Assembly: GCA_020536535.1 (NCBI GenBank)
Contig: JAHLWZ010000034.1
Location: forward strand, 1-64,000
Direction: 5' to 3'
DNA from: Pelomyxa schiedti
Lineage: Eukaryota; Protista; Evosea
Length of the DNA stretch: 64,000 nucleotides
Positions 13,226 through 25,912 of the stretch are shown here, one piece after another. Made by a program: the position numbers and the translations under genes. The notes beneath the pieces are model-generated. The model searched no databases. It was not told the DNA's origin and was given only the letters and a program-made list of their open reading frames with translations. Position 1 is the first letter of the stretch; each line of letters starts with the position of its first letter.

Positions 13226-14914
13226 ATGGAACAGGATGGTGCCAGGTACTTCAGGGTGGGAGACGTCCGGGGAGATGGAGACGGTGAGGAGAGGGGGCCC
13301 GCAGGATACGAGTACGCGCGGTACAACAGCGGGGGCGGGGGGGCAGAGGGAGGAGACGGGAGGGGCGGGCCCCCGGCGGCGGCGGGGTGCTGGGTCCTGC
13401 TGCACCCCGGGTCGCGGTTCATGGGGAGCGGGGCGGCTCAGTCCCCTGTGGCGATTGGCGGCCGCCCTTTTGTGGGGTACTTCCCTTGGTTGCTGGTGCG
13501 TGCGTGCGTGTTCCCGGCCCATAATTCCCTCCCTTTGTGTTGTGGTTTATGTATTTTCGGTGGTGTTGCGGTAGTGAGTGGGAATAAGGAAATAAGTATT
13601 CGTGGGAACTGGTAACAGTTTTATTGTAGGACATACAGAGGTTTATATCGAGGAGGAATGATAATTCCAAGGCTGCTCCGGAAGGAACCGACGTGCTTGC
13701 CGCTGATGAAAATAGGGGCGAATCGACATTGGAATTTGTGGAGCTATCATCAGAAGAATTTGAGGTGGTGGCAAGCAAAATGTTGGATGGGGAGAACTTT
13801 GTTATAACCGTTGCTATTTTGGCTGACGAGTTGTTGCCACGGCTGGATACTATTACTGTTGGACGAATGACAAGGGTGCGTTCTTGAATAGTTCAATGAA
13901 GTTCTTTTCTCTCTCTCTGGTAACTGAATTTTTTCTAGGTATGCACTGTTTGGAGAAGAGTAGCACAACGGAATAGGTTCTGGATGCCCAGTGTTGAAAG
14001 GCTAAGAGTAATACACAGCCAGGGTCAACCCTCGAAATTTAGTGACCCTCCAAATCCACCCGAGTTTTACTGGTACCAGCAGTGGCTATTACTTATTTCT
14101 ACGAGTAATCCAGCCTTATGGAAAATAGAGAGTGTACAGAGCTTAACCTCTTGGAAGTCCTTCCAACACTCCATTAGGGAGGTGTCACAAAGATGCTATA
14201 TATTTCCAAAAGGAAGCCCAGGCTCCAACTTGCACCTAATCCTTTTGGAGAGCCAGAGTCATACCACAGATGCCCCTGGTGCAAGGCTTCGCAGATGGCG
14301 GTTTTCCAGCACCTCAATTCTGTGGACAATGAAACCATACAGGAAGTGTGCCCCAAGTGTTCCTGTGCCCTAGTAACTCTCTTCACACGGTGTGTATGTC
14401 CCTCCCTATATTTCATTAACATAACATCACACACAACCAATCAACCTGCCAACCAATCCATAGTCCCCGTGGCCGGGAAACAACCGGCAACTGGGTCGCC
14501 ATTGGATTAGCACCACCACCCCAAAGATGTTGGTGGCGGAAACCTCCACCCATAATTGGAAGAGTACCCCACGTTCCAGACATGGCCGCACCTCCATTTC
14601 CACTTTCCTCGGCATCATCCATCTACAGGGACCCAGCCTACGCGCACCCCACCGTACCTCCTCTACCTCCACTGCCACCTCCACCACCACCACCTCCTCC
14701 TCCTCCTCAGCATCTTCCGCCGCCGCCGCCACCACTGGCACACCACGAAATCATCCACCCAGCGATTGCTCCTCCTCGTGAGCCTGTAGACACACCAGAT
14801 ACCGTGGATGTGGAATTCTTGCCCCTGGTCACCACAACACTCCAGCACCCCTCCTTCAGGCCCTTTGTCTTCCCCCCTCCTTTCCACCCTCCTCCCTCAA
14901 GCCACAACACTTGA
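13226..14914 (+). CDS. F-box protein with CxxC...CxxC zinc ribbon and proline-rich tail
   Basis: Spliced VAILADELLPRLDTITVGRMTR|VCTVWRRVAQRNRFW resembles an F-box. Also RCPWCK...EVCPKCSC and a poly-Pro C-terminus. Internal exon boundaries are partly uncertain. Confidence 0.65.
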
Positions 14915-15036
14915 CTGCTGCCCACAAATGGCTACCCCAACCATGTTCAAGAATTGGTGTTTGATGAAAACATGCTTTTATATTTTTTGTTTTGTTGAGA
15001 TCTGTGGGGCAGCTCAATAGATTTACAAAGGGGAGT

Positions 15037-16976
15037 TCATAGTAAGGGTATTATGGCGAGAACTGGAACAGGGTGTCGTTCCTTCAGGTGGAGAACCTTG
15101 ACTCGTATGTTGCGGTGTGCAACCTGTGTTGTGTGGTTAGTCCTTGTAGGTATGGTACCTTGGGTTTTGTGTTTACCGGGTATGCCAAGTCATCAAGAGA
15201 AGCACGTTGCATAACTTCCATTCCGGCAACCTATTAAAATGTCGGAAGCTGTTTGCAGAGGTTGACGTCTTACGGTTATTGGTGTGGTGAAAAACTTGAA
15301 TGTTCTCTTAGTCGAAGCCTTGTGGGTTATATCTAAGATAAATGTGCTTATCGAGTAACTTGAGGTGAGCCTTTACCTACAATCATGTCACGCTCTAGCT
15401 GTTCTTTGCTCAAAAACCAAGATTGGTCTGCATTAAACTCATCATAGTCGATCTGGTAGCAACCCCACTCATTTTTCAAGAAAATCATAGACTTTGCGTC
15501 ATCAAACACGATGTCATCACCTTGTAGTACAGCCTGTTATCCGATTATTTTTTCATCATTCCCCAGAAAGTGATTATATCTTAACCACCAAAAAGTTCTA
15601 CAAAACCTTGGCCTGTTCGTAATTTAGGGCACCTTTCCACCCACGTGCCTTGGTGAGATCGGCCAGAGTTGTATTCAAAACTTCATCTGTCAAAGACCAC
15701 TCTGAATAGAGTGGTTAGTAACAAAAGGTGTGAAGTGAGTGTACCAACAAAGAGTGAGGTAAGAGGACCCCAAGCAGGCAAGTCTGGTAAGGTGTCAAAA
15801 TTTAGTACAAAAGAATAAATATTTACACACTCCAAAGTTTACTTTGGGCCCAAATTGATTGAGACCCTACCTCAACAATTGGGGCACTTTCGTCTGTCTG
15901 ACGTCTAATAACATGTTTAAACGGCTTGGGATGAAAGTTGAATCTGGGAAGTTTTAGTACATAAAGCTCCTGCCAATGGAATATATACCTGGCAATTACC
16001 CCAGATGCAAAACCTTTATTTGTCTCTAGCAAACGCAGATCGACAGAGCGGCCAGATCCATGCCTCTCATAGACCACAGAAAGGAGAAGAGGAGTTCCAG
16101 TAATTGGAACCACTACTGACTTGAGAAAGAGCACTTAGCAGGGGTATACCAGAAGTAGGGAAGTACTTCAGTCGCATCATCCACTGTAATACCAGGCCAA
16201 GCTTGAATCCTTTTTTTAAGGCTATTGAATGAAATGATTCTCCCAGCACTGATAGATACCTCTAAGGTAATCTAAGTATACATTACTTAGTCCAATACAT
16301 TACCAGAAGGTTGTCCTAGATGTGGTGTTGCACCATTACCACGGATGAGATCCACAACAAAGTTCTGAGAGTTTCAGTAATGTGTTGCACTCGGTATGGC
16401 ATTACCTTCTTGATGCAAGGAAAATCTTCCTTCTTTATTGAGAAAACACCCACCAATTTCTCCCTTGCAACAACATTGTGGTCCCATACTTCACCACGTA
16501 TCTTAAAGGGGAAAAAGTGAACATGCTGTGTTGCCAAAAAAATGGAAATAACCTCGCCAATAGTACCAAGTGCAAAAAAAATCTGTCTCCAAACTGGCTC
16601 CGTATTTTTTTCGGCGATTCTGGTCATGAATGTCTCTTCAAAACAAGTTCAGTGCCAAATTGAAATATTTATAGACACATACGACGACACCCAGGAATGT
16701 TCAACTTAACGTAGGGGTCAATAGAACCAAAAATGTCCACCTAGGAGAAATTTTGCTTTCAGTAAAATAAGAAATGCAATGCAACCCACCCAATACTATC
16801 GCCACACAAAAACTAACTTTTGGTAAGTTCGAAGCAGAGTGGACTTTGAAGGTATAACAATATTCGTCATCGTCAGCAGCAGGAACCGTAGTTGTGGTAG
16901 TTGTAGTGGTCGCGACTGCCGGTTCTACGACAACGCTCGCGGTTGTCATGGTCGCCCCCTCTGTCTCCCCGCTCAT
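15037..16976 (-). CDS. C2-domain protein with unrecognised C-terminal region (about 12 introns)
   Basis: TFKVHSASNLPK|VDIFGSIDPYVKLNIPG...TRIAEKNTEPVWRQIF...IRGEVWDHNVVAREKLVG is a C2 domain. The frame stays open through short GT-AG introns; the last exon is tentative. Confidence 0.78.
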
Positions 16977-17058
16977 GGTCCGTTGTTGGTTTTTTTTTTT
17001 TTTTGTGTTTTTTCTGATCTTTGTGCTTTTTTGACATGAATGTCTAGAAGCTCTTCAA

Positions 17059-17678
17059 ATGAACCGAAAGATGAAACTCTACGTTGTTGATGGAGGAGGT
17101 GACAACTCAGTAGTCATGTTGAGCACCAACACCCTGAATGCATTGGGTCTATTCAGGGGTGACATTGTCATAGTGTCAAACAATGGGAGGGTTTGTTTTG
17201 TCTGTTTTGGTTTTTGTGAAGAAACTGAATGACACACCTCAGGACACTGCATTGATTGCGCTTGCTGATGGCACATATGATGACCAGAATGTTGGGCTAC
17301 CTCTGGTTGCAAGAACCAACCTTGGCGTTGATCTTGGCAGGCCAGTTGAGCTAACTGTATGTCCAAATGCATTCGCAACACCATTCACAGCAAACAATAC
17401 ACTGGCCATCAATGATATAATATTCGTTATCCTTAATTAATTCACTCGCTCACTGCACGGCAGGAACTGACTACGGTACAATATGCCACCAGAATAACTG
17501 TTCTTCCCGTGGAGGGATCACCCCTCCCTCAAGGCTGCAATGTATTCGATACCTTCCTCCGGCCCTACTTTACAGACAGCTACCGGCCCGTTAGGGAAGG
17601 GGACTACTTCACCATTCAACACCAAAGATCCTTTGTTGAATTCCAAATCACAGCCACAGACCCCTCTCCCTACTGTAT
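17059..17678 (+). CDS. Divergent CDC48/p97 (VCP)-like protein, N-domain only visible (cut by gap)
   Basis: MNRKMKLYVVDGGGDNSVVMLSTNTLNALGLFRGDIVIV...ARTNLGVDLG...RITVLPVEG...FDTFLRPYFTDSYRPVREGDYF...VEFQITATDPSPYC matches the p97 N-domain. Confidence 0.85.
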
Positions 17679-17778
17679 NNNNNNNNNNNNNNNNNNNNNN
17701 NNNNNNNNNNNNNNNNNNNNNNNNNNNNNNNNNNNNNNNNNNNNNNNNNNNNNNNNNNNNNNNNNNNNNNNNNNNNNN
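17679..17778. other. Assembly gap (100 N)
   Basis: Run of 100 N. Confidence 0.99.
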
Positions 17779-20700
17779 ATTACCCAAATGCATTTTTTTA
17801 TTATTTCCTGGGGTAGTTATTTTACTTGTACAAAGAAATCCTTCAGAGGAGCTTGACGAATGGACGTCAGATCTGTATAACATTACACAGCTTGGGTTTA
17901 ATGCCATTAAGGTTTGTATTTATACAATTAAATTGCATGTTATTTGTTGATGCCTCTCCAAGGTATGGGTTGACTGGGCAACCTGCGAATCAACGGAGGG
18001 AGTATTTAACTTTGAGTCCCTCCTTCAAGTCCTCTCTATTATCCGAAATAACGACTTCAACTTGAAGGTTTTCTTTTCCCGTTCTTTTCTTGAAACACCT
18101 GACAAATACCGCAAAAAAGGTAGTAGTGCAAGTGTATGCAGACAGTGCTCCAGAGTGGGTTTACACGAAAGTATTCTCCATTTCCAAGACAAACTTGTTA
18201 CTTATCATTTGCAGTACCCAGATGGAGAGTTTGTTGGGTCCAATGATAGACATATACATTCACAGGCAGCACCTGGGTTTTGCTTGGATCACCCAGGGGT
18301 ACGAGCTCTGGTAATGAACTTTTACAAACAGGTTGGACTTGTTACCAAAAGTTACTCAGATCTCATCTATGCATTTGGTAATCCTTGATCCTCCCCCAGC
18401 CAGTTTTTGTAAAGGTGACATAAAGATGTATGGAGTGAACCTCATGTTGTGAACTGGATCTGGTTCTGGGACATGGATGCGGAAGAAGTGGAATTCTGTT
18501 ACTGTGATCACTCTCTTTCTCGTTTTCGTGATTGGCTGAAGGTCCAATACAATAGTAGCATCGATGCACTTAATAGCGTTTGGTATTTTCATGGAGAAAA
18601 TAACGCGTTATTAACTGAACCGTCAAAGGTACAGAACTTTCTCCTCTTGGGAGGAGGTAACACCTCCTCGTTTTGGAACTATTATTGCTTATTCTGACTA
18701 TCTCGATTGGCTGTATCGCTACACAACAGATAAATTAGCTGAGGTGCCACTTCAGCTCTTCCCAAATTCCAACTCTGTATTTAGGATCTTAGTGCAAAGG
18801 CGTCTTCAGTTATGTCCGGCTTTGGGAATTCAGTGATTGTCACCTCGCATTCTGCTAGTCCTTCTGTAATTAACAGCCCCCTTTCTGATTATGGAACGCC
18901 AGGTATTTTGGTGGACATCTATCCTCTTCTAAGACTTTCAAGATGACTGGAAAATGTTCACCTCAATTCGAACACTTTCTCCCAGGTAGTCATTCACTTT
19001 CCATTTCTTGTTTTAAGTTTTATAAAGTTCCGGGTTTTATGGAACAAGTATATATCCTTATCATGCACAGGCACCGTTAGGTCTTTTTTTTTATTTTTGT
19101 ATACTTCTGACTGAAAATAGGTGGAAGAGATGAAGTTTCAAGAAGTTATCAGTTTTCTGGTGAATACTCTGCTAGCAGAGGCAATGGATTCTTTGTAGGG
19201 GAGGTGTGTCCAATGGATTCCAACAGTGTAGTCACTGGCACTTAGTTGCAAGCTGGGCAAGGTGCTACAGGAATTCAAGTAAATGTACCTGTTACTGCTG
19301 ATGATCACAGAGACTGGGTGTGGAGTCTTATAGCCCATGGAGCCAAGTCAATTTTTTTTTATGCCTATTATCCAATGAATTCAGGTAATTGGCATTGTTG
19401 CGTATCAACCCTTACAGTAAATAGGATATGAAGCAGGGTATTTTAATGGGATTAGTTTCTTCGCACCTCATCACATTCCCTAGTGGCTATGGACTGATAA
19501 ATCTTGATGGAACACCTACTGACAGAGCTATATCAAGTGGTTCGATAGCTGCTATCGTAAGTCAATATCAGTCACTCTTGGCACGGACTTTTCCAGAGCC
19601 AGCGCAAGTGGCAATTATGTATAATCCTGTGAGCTCCACTGCATTTTGGAAACAACCTGCTAATCTTAACAGTTGGCGTATTTCTCTGGTGGGAATACTG
19701 TTGGTCCAGGGACTGATATTTATCACAGTCAGTTTGGAGTGTATTCAGCATTTTTCGAATTAGGGACTGGAGTGGGTGTAGATTTTGTGCACGCCTCTGA
19801 TGTGGAACAAGGAATACTTACAGGAAGTCCGTATAAAGTACATTCCCCAATCCCACCCCTTCGTATGTTGAGTGTCTTTGCACAGCTGCTGTACCTTCCC
19901 TTCCCTATTGCTATTTCCAAGGCTTGCGCAAGTGCACTTAAGCAGTATATAGAAAACGGTGGCACTGTTGTAAGCGAAGCAAGGCTTGCTTGGACCGATG
20001 AATTTGGAGATGCTAATACTAAGATACCAGGCCTCGATTTGGATCAGGTATTGCGATCCTCCCTCCCAAAAATAAAACGTACTAGGTTTTTGGAGTTGAA
20101 GAGGATATTCTGAGACCAGTTCTTACTGCAGGGACTCGTGGTTGCCTATCTTCCTACAGTTATACATTCACAGCAGATTCTCCTGTGTCAATCAGTGGGC
20201 TCACTGTTGCCTCAGACTTATTTGAGGAAACTTTAATTGCAGACGGTTGAGTTACTCTTTTCAATTCCCCACCATCTGAACTTTATAGAAAATGCCACCG
20301 TCTGGGCCAAATTTGACTCTGATGGAACCCCAGCAGTTGTTGAATACACCTACGGCCTTGGAAGGACACTATTTATTGGAGCATACCTTGGACTTGCCGC
20401 ATATGATGGAGATCCTAATGCTACCAAGGTAAATGAGGAAGACTGAAAACGGAAACAAAGATTGCAGGTAATTCAAGCACTTAGAGACTGGGCAGGAGTA
20501 AGTTCCCTGATTGTAAAAACAACTGGGGGAGTTGCAGGACTTGATTTGCGCCTACTTCTAACAGGTGCCCCAAAATTTTTGATTCGTTCTAATACTAACA
20601 CAGATTCTTCTGAATATGTGTTGGTTGCCCTCAACCGTGCCAGCACATCATGCAAGCCGTCTGTGGAAATCGGGCTCACATTCTCAAAGGCGAAAGATAT

Positions 20701-20803
20701 CACCACTAACACAATGCTTGCAGTAAAGTCCAATGGGGGCACCACAACAGTAACATTGCCAACTCTTAATTCCTTGGCAGCCAGTGTAGTTTGGCTCTAT
20801 TAA
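17779..20803 (+). CDS. GH42-like beta-galactosidase (prokaryote-type, intron-rich; 5' end in gap)
   Basis: LGFNAIKVWVDWATCESTEGVFNF, YADSAPEWV, QAAPGFCLDHPGVR, DVWSEPHVVNW, FCYCDHSLSRFRDWLK...IDALNSVWYRTFSSWEEV, ELQAGQG, WVWSLIAHGAKSIFFYAYYPMNSG, then a trimerisation-type domain (LKQYIENGGTVVSEARLAW). Confidence 0.88.
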
Positions 20804-20873
20804 GATGCTAAAAAAAACGGTTATTTTTTAATTTGTTGTGGCATCATATACATGGACTATACTACACACAGCA

Positions 20874-22431
20874 CTACAATTTGTGCTCTTTTATTAATTG
20901 TCTGACGAGAGCCGCTTGCGGGTTTACTTCTGGCGTCTGAATATATCTCAAGAACATGTGGGCCAATCGTTTTCTCAGACCTTGTGGATACGATGTGAGA
21001 AATTGAGAAAGACAGTAGTTGACGAACCTTCCATGTTTTTTACATTCACTCCCCTAGATGTTAGCACTGCCTCGCGGTCCACGAGGGCAATTATTTCTTG
21101 TGTGGTAGGAGGGGCCGGAAATTGCTGTTACATAGGTTGGTATCAAATGAATGGAGTGAAGGTGACCATACTGTTACTATTTCAGCCACACTGTTGAGGA
21201 TTTCTGTCCTGGCTTCAGCAATTATGTCAGGTTGTATGAGTTGGTTATAGAGTTGCCACAGGTGTTGTGCATGTTTAATTTCTGGAGTTTCAACTAGAAT
21301 GCGTTTGCCATCAGAAGCAGTGATAACCTTTGGGGCAGCCATCTAACGTTCTGTTATCACTGATATGGTAGGGAATATGTAATCTTTGCTACCTTGGACA
21401 GCATTTTTTGCACTTTGTTGTACTGAAGCTGGGGGGAACAATCATGCTTCATTCTCTCTATGGTCTGCAAATATTTGGTGTACTCACGAAACAATGCCGA
21501 CAAAGCTTTTCGTCTTTCCATGTCACTTAAGGAGGCAGTGTTGATTTTTTCTACTTCTCGGAATTTCCATTCTTTATTTTTTCGATTAGATCGTGGCACA
21601 GGTATGGGTAGACTCCAACCTTCTACTTTTTTTACCATGGAGGCAAAATCAGCTAGGGTTTCGGGACTCCTTCTACAGTCAAGCAAATTAGTCAGTGAAA
21701 TTTCACTTGTGACACTAAAAACGAAGGTGAAATAAGGCTAGGTATAGAGGAAGTGTGAACCTCTCTTTCTCTGGCATGGTGGCCATATACTCTTGAAGTC
21801 GTAGCTTCTCATTCCTGAGTTGTTTCAGTTTCTTTCTCGCAAGGAATATTCTAGCAGCCCCTTGAATTGTGGTGGCCTAAAAGAAATAAGTGGGAAAAAA
21901 TAAAACTGGTCTTCAACAGCTTCATTTTGCTTCCTGTCAAGTTCTTCTGTTGTCATATATGGTCTCGGTACTATGACACGGTCACTCGATTCGTCAATAT
22001 ACACACCAGCCGTTGGCTGATTAAAAAAAGGATGACCATTAACGAAAGATGAAGTTGGAAATATGAAGTACCATTTGAGTTCCGGTACTGACTACTGTTT
22101 GTGTGGCTTGACTCCGAAATCGGGGGCAGTCCCATGCATTTGTTTGGGTGGATTCGTCTGAAGAGGGATTTGTTTTCCTCTGCCAGGTCAATTGGGATTT
22201 GATTAAAATTACAATACAAGAGGTACCCTGGGAAGAGGGTCGGTCTGTGTTTGTGCATTATAACATATAAGTCCAGATATACGGTGCCTATAGCCACCAA
22301 TGAAGGGTTTTATCCCTCTAAAGGGAGTTACAAACACAACTATAGAACACTGCTTTTCAGGAACTGAATGTATCTTAGATGTGTATTTGATTGGGTTGTG
22401 GAGTTCACACTTTCAACCACCCTGGAAAAAT
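20874..22431 (-). CDS. IQUB: IQ and ubiquitin-like domain-containing protein (radial-spoke FAP253 homolog), 5' part lost in gap
   Basis: KPFIGGYRHRISGLICYNAQTQT, GVYIDESSDRVIVPRPYMT, IQ motif IQGAARIFLARKKL, IIALVDREA, FLRYIQTPEVNPQAA; these blocks are collinear with IQUB as I know it. Confidence 0.82.
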
Positions 22432-22531
22432 NNNNNNNNNNNNNNNNNNNNNNNNNNNNNNNNNNNNNNNNNNNNNNNNNNNNNNNNNNNNNNNNNNNNN
22501 NNNNNNNNNNNNNNNNNNNNNNNNNNNNNNN
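22432..22531. other. Assembly gap (100 N)
   Basis: Run of 100 N. Confidence 0.99.
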
Positions 22532-24462
22532 AAACACGAAATTAACAACAACCCTCAAAAGGTGTTTGGGAAGTGGCTGGCGTCCAAGATCCCTCAGTCT
22601 CTCAGAGACACCCTAGACACCAACGAACTCTCTCACCCTCGCCCCGAAGGGTCTTTTTCCTCTCCATCTGATGAACCACCACCTTTGGCACCCACGTCCA
22701 CCTCCTCAGTCTCATCTCCGTCCCAGTCTCAATCCTCAGTCGTCACTACTAACACGACGGCTGCTTCTGCTTTTCTTTTGGCTTCGTCTTCGTCTTCCTC
22801 CTCCTCCTCGCTTGCAGTTGCAAATTCGACGTCATCAACAGGAAGGGGTATTTTTGAGCTTGTGAGTGACGGTCTTGTTCTAGAGGCAGTTATGGACAGT
22901 TGCTATGGAATTCGTTCTGCTCCTGGTGATAGGTGCACACCAATCAATCAAACTTCTGGCTTGGCTGCAAAGACGGCCAAATACGAGAATTGTCTGCATG
23001 TATTAACTGCCGCTCAAAAGGCTAATATACCCTATGCTGCTGTGGTTACCCCATTAGGTGCGTTATTAAGATATGGATTGCCACTATAAACTCATATTTT
23101 ATCATTTTTCTTTAGACATCAACAATGGGAATCAGACGGCAATCTTAAACCTCGTATGGGGATTGATATCGTTTACCTGGCTGCGGGGTACAATTTTTTT
23201 CCTTTTTCTTTCTATTAAGCAAATCAAATCAAAAATCAGATAAACCAGGAAGCACAGCCACAGACGCCCGCAAAACACTCCTCGACTGGGTCAATTCTCG
23301 CATCAAGGACAGTGGACCACCAGTTATCGATTTTTGTCACAGGTTAATTCTACTTTTAGAAGCACCACAAATTCTTCTCTATTCTATCATATCGCCTTTA
23401 TATCAACCCTCTCTTCCACCCACACTCGTTGGTTGATAGTGCAAAATTACAAGCTGGCATGATGGGACTGCTCTTTGCCGTCTTTTGAACTCCTTTATTC
23501 CAAACTCTTTATCACCAGGCAAATTAACTCAGGTTTGCAAATATCTTGTTCTTAAAGCTCATATACAAAAGGATTCCACGGGGAATCTACTGCTTGTATT
23601 AGAGAAAATATCATCCGTTTTAGCTATTTTACCATGGATTGAGTCCTGGGAAGCTGCTACCGCCATGGAACCTGAAGAACGATGTATTATGACGTAAGGA
23701 TCTTTGTTTTCCTTTATTCCAACAATCAGTGCAGGTACATCGGTGAGTTCTACAACTATGGAAGGAGGCACAATTCCGCCTCAGTTGTTGTCGTATCACC
23801 GGCTGTATGTAAAATAGAAGCTTTACGTATTTGTCTAATTCTTAACAGGAAGAAAAACTGAGAAGGGAGAAGGCACAGCTAGAACTAGTAAGAAAGTGCA
23901 CTTAAATTATTTTCTAATCTTTAATAGGAAATGAGGCAACTGCAGCATACACAATCTATTCTCAAAGTGCGGGCGAACGAAACGGAAAGGGTAATTATTA
24001 TTATTAATAATTTTATTAATTTCTCCTGACTTGCTTATCCAAATTTTTCATTGAACAATGCAGATGCTAAGCCCTGTCATTAAAGAGGGATTTTTAGTGA
24101 AACAAGGCAAAGTTGTAAAATCATGGAAACGGCGATGGTTTGCACTCAAACAAGATGGGCTCTATTATTTTTCGAATGTAGGATTCCCTGCATTGGCTTC
24201 CTCGCGTCTAAATCCAAAAAAACCCAAAAATCAGAGAACGGATTGGAAACCTCTTGGAGCCATTCCACTATCACAAATAGTCAAAATAGGGGCTGCTGAA
24301 GATACCAAGAATTCCTCCTGGATAGTTCCGGCACACGCATCACCCTACACTTTTGTTATAAAATCGGAGCAGCGGGATCTCTACTGCACTTGCACGTGTG
24401 AGTCCGAAATGCAAGACTGGATCAACACAATCAACACTCTCCTGGAGCGTACAAGGACCTGA
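22532..24462 (+). CDS. Tandem calponin-homology (actin-binding) plus C-terminal PH domain protein (5' end in gap)
   Basis: DINNGNQTAILNLVWGLI, LLDWVNSRIKD, SWHDGTALCRLLNSFIP, EERCIMTYIGEFY give CH1-CH2. KEGFLVKQGKVVKSWKRRWFALK...EMQDWINTINTLL is a PH domain. Confidence 0.88.
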
Positions 24463-25388
24463 ACTGGCAAGCACATAGAGCCAATGTAATTTTTTAACAG
24501 AAAAATTGTGGAAGTGTTTTTGCTAAGTAAAGACTTTGCGTTCTCACCCAGTCAATCACTATCCCCCTTTAACACAACACAATGCCACCAAGAACAGTGC
24601 CGCACAATCCACTATTACGAAAACATAAAAAAGACTTTGTTTGAAGGAAGAAGATTTTTGTATTTTACTTTCCAACAACTTTTTCCTTTGCTTTCCACAC
24701 AACACCACAAACAACCAAAGGGGATTGGGGAGTTCAAGGCTTGAGTTCCACAGCCAACAGGCCAATTGATCATGCACATCATCAGCTTCCAAGAGACTTC
24801 CAGGCTCAGTGAGTATACCCTTGCTGTCACTTCCCTCCCAATGTGCTGGGGCTGTTCCCCCGGCTCAGTGTCTCACCACCACTCCCATGTGACCCGGTAT
24901 TGGTATCCCTTCCTGCTGCCCCGGTGTGGGAACCTCCCCATTCCCTGGGAATGGTGTGGGGGTGGAGGCACCGGCAGAGAGTTTGAAGTTACTATGAAGC
25001 AGCAAGAAGCGGCAACCAATGATGGGTCAGGAGGGTGGTGCACCGGCCAATATTCTCGCACGTTTTCTGTCCTTCTGATATACGTCGCGAGTTTCGAAGG
25101 TGAGGAAGTGTTTGCAGCAAGGGTATCCATCACTGAGCAATGAATGATCAACCAGAAGTCTCCCTCTGGATTCCCATTCCAGAGTTTGGTCGCTGTGGTA
25201 TGCATGGTTCAAAAGGGTAGTCGGGTATGTGGAAGGTAGCCCCGCTTGCTCCCGTAGATCCCGAATGGGAGTAAATGATGTCGCATGGTTGGCTCTGGAG
25301 TGGGTTATTGTACTTGTTATGTTTTTTGGGGTTAAAAGGTTTTATCATTCCAGCAATTCTGCAAGGAATATCATACTCTCTTCATACT

Positions 25389-25912
25389 TCAAGGGTATAA
25401 CACCCCTTCTTCCGGAAATAAAAAACAGTGCATGGCACAGAAAATAGAGCCTTCTCTCAATACGGTGTTCACAAGAATTCCCCAATAAAAAGAGACAGGG
25501 TGGTGCTGGCCAAACCACCGCTTCTCAGCAGGCAGGAAAGAAGTAAACACCCCAGGGCGGAATAATGCCTGAGTGATATGTTAGTTGTGAATACCCATGA
25601 GAGGATTGAAATACCTGAGGGAGTACTTCCGACTCACAGCTATTCCCCTCGGGGAGGCAGGAGGCAGAGAGCAGAGAGCGGCACATTAACTCAAGCAAAT
25701 AAGTGGTGCTCCCTGCCTCCCAATCTGCCGTAACCTAAAATCAAAGTCAGTTCCATCGGCGACAAGAGTGAGTGTACCTTTGTGTGTGTTTTTGACGTTG
25801 CTTGGTGCTGACCAGAGAGACCCGGCTGACATGACTGCACGCAACAAATCAAATACATGTGTGGATGCGCTTTGTTGGGACCGCACTGTAAAAAGGGGGT
25901 GTGCAGCAACAT
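25389..25912 (-). CDS. Possible spliced orphan ORF (~144 aa) or decayed gene
   Basis: Two typical introns (25735-25777 with CTGAC; 25569-25614 with CTAAC), both phase 0, leave the frame open. No recognisable homology. Confidence 0.3.

Noticed and set aside
17509-17950. Apparent CDC48-N / GH42 fusion
   Set aside because: The join crosses an assembly gap of unknown size.
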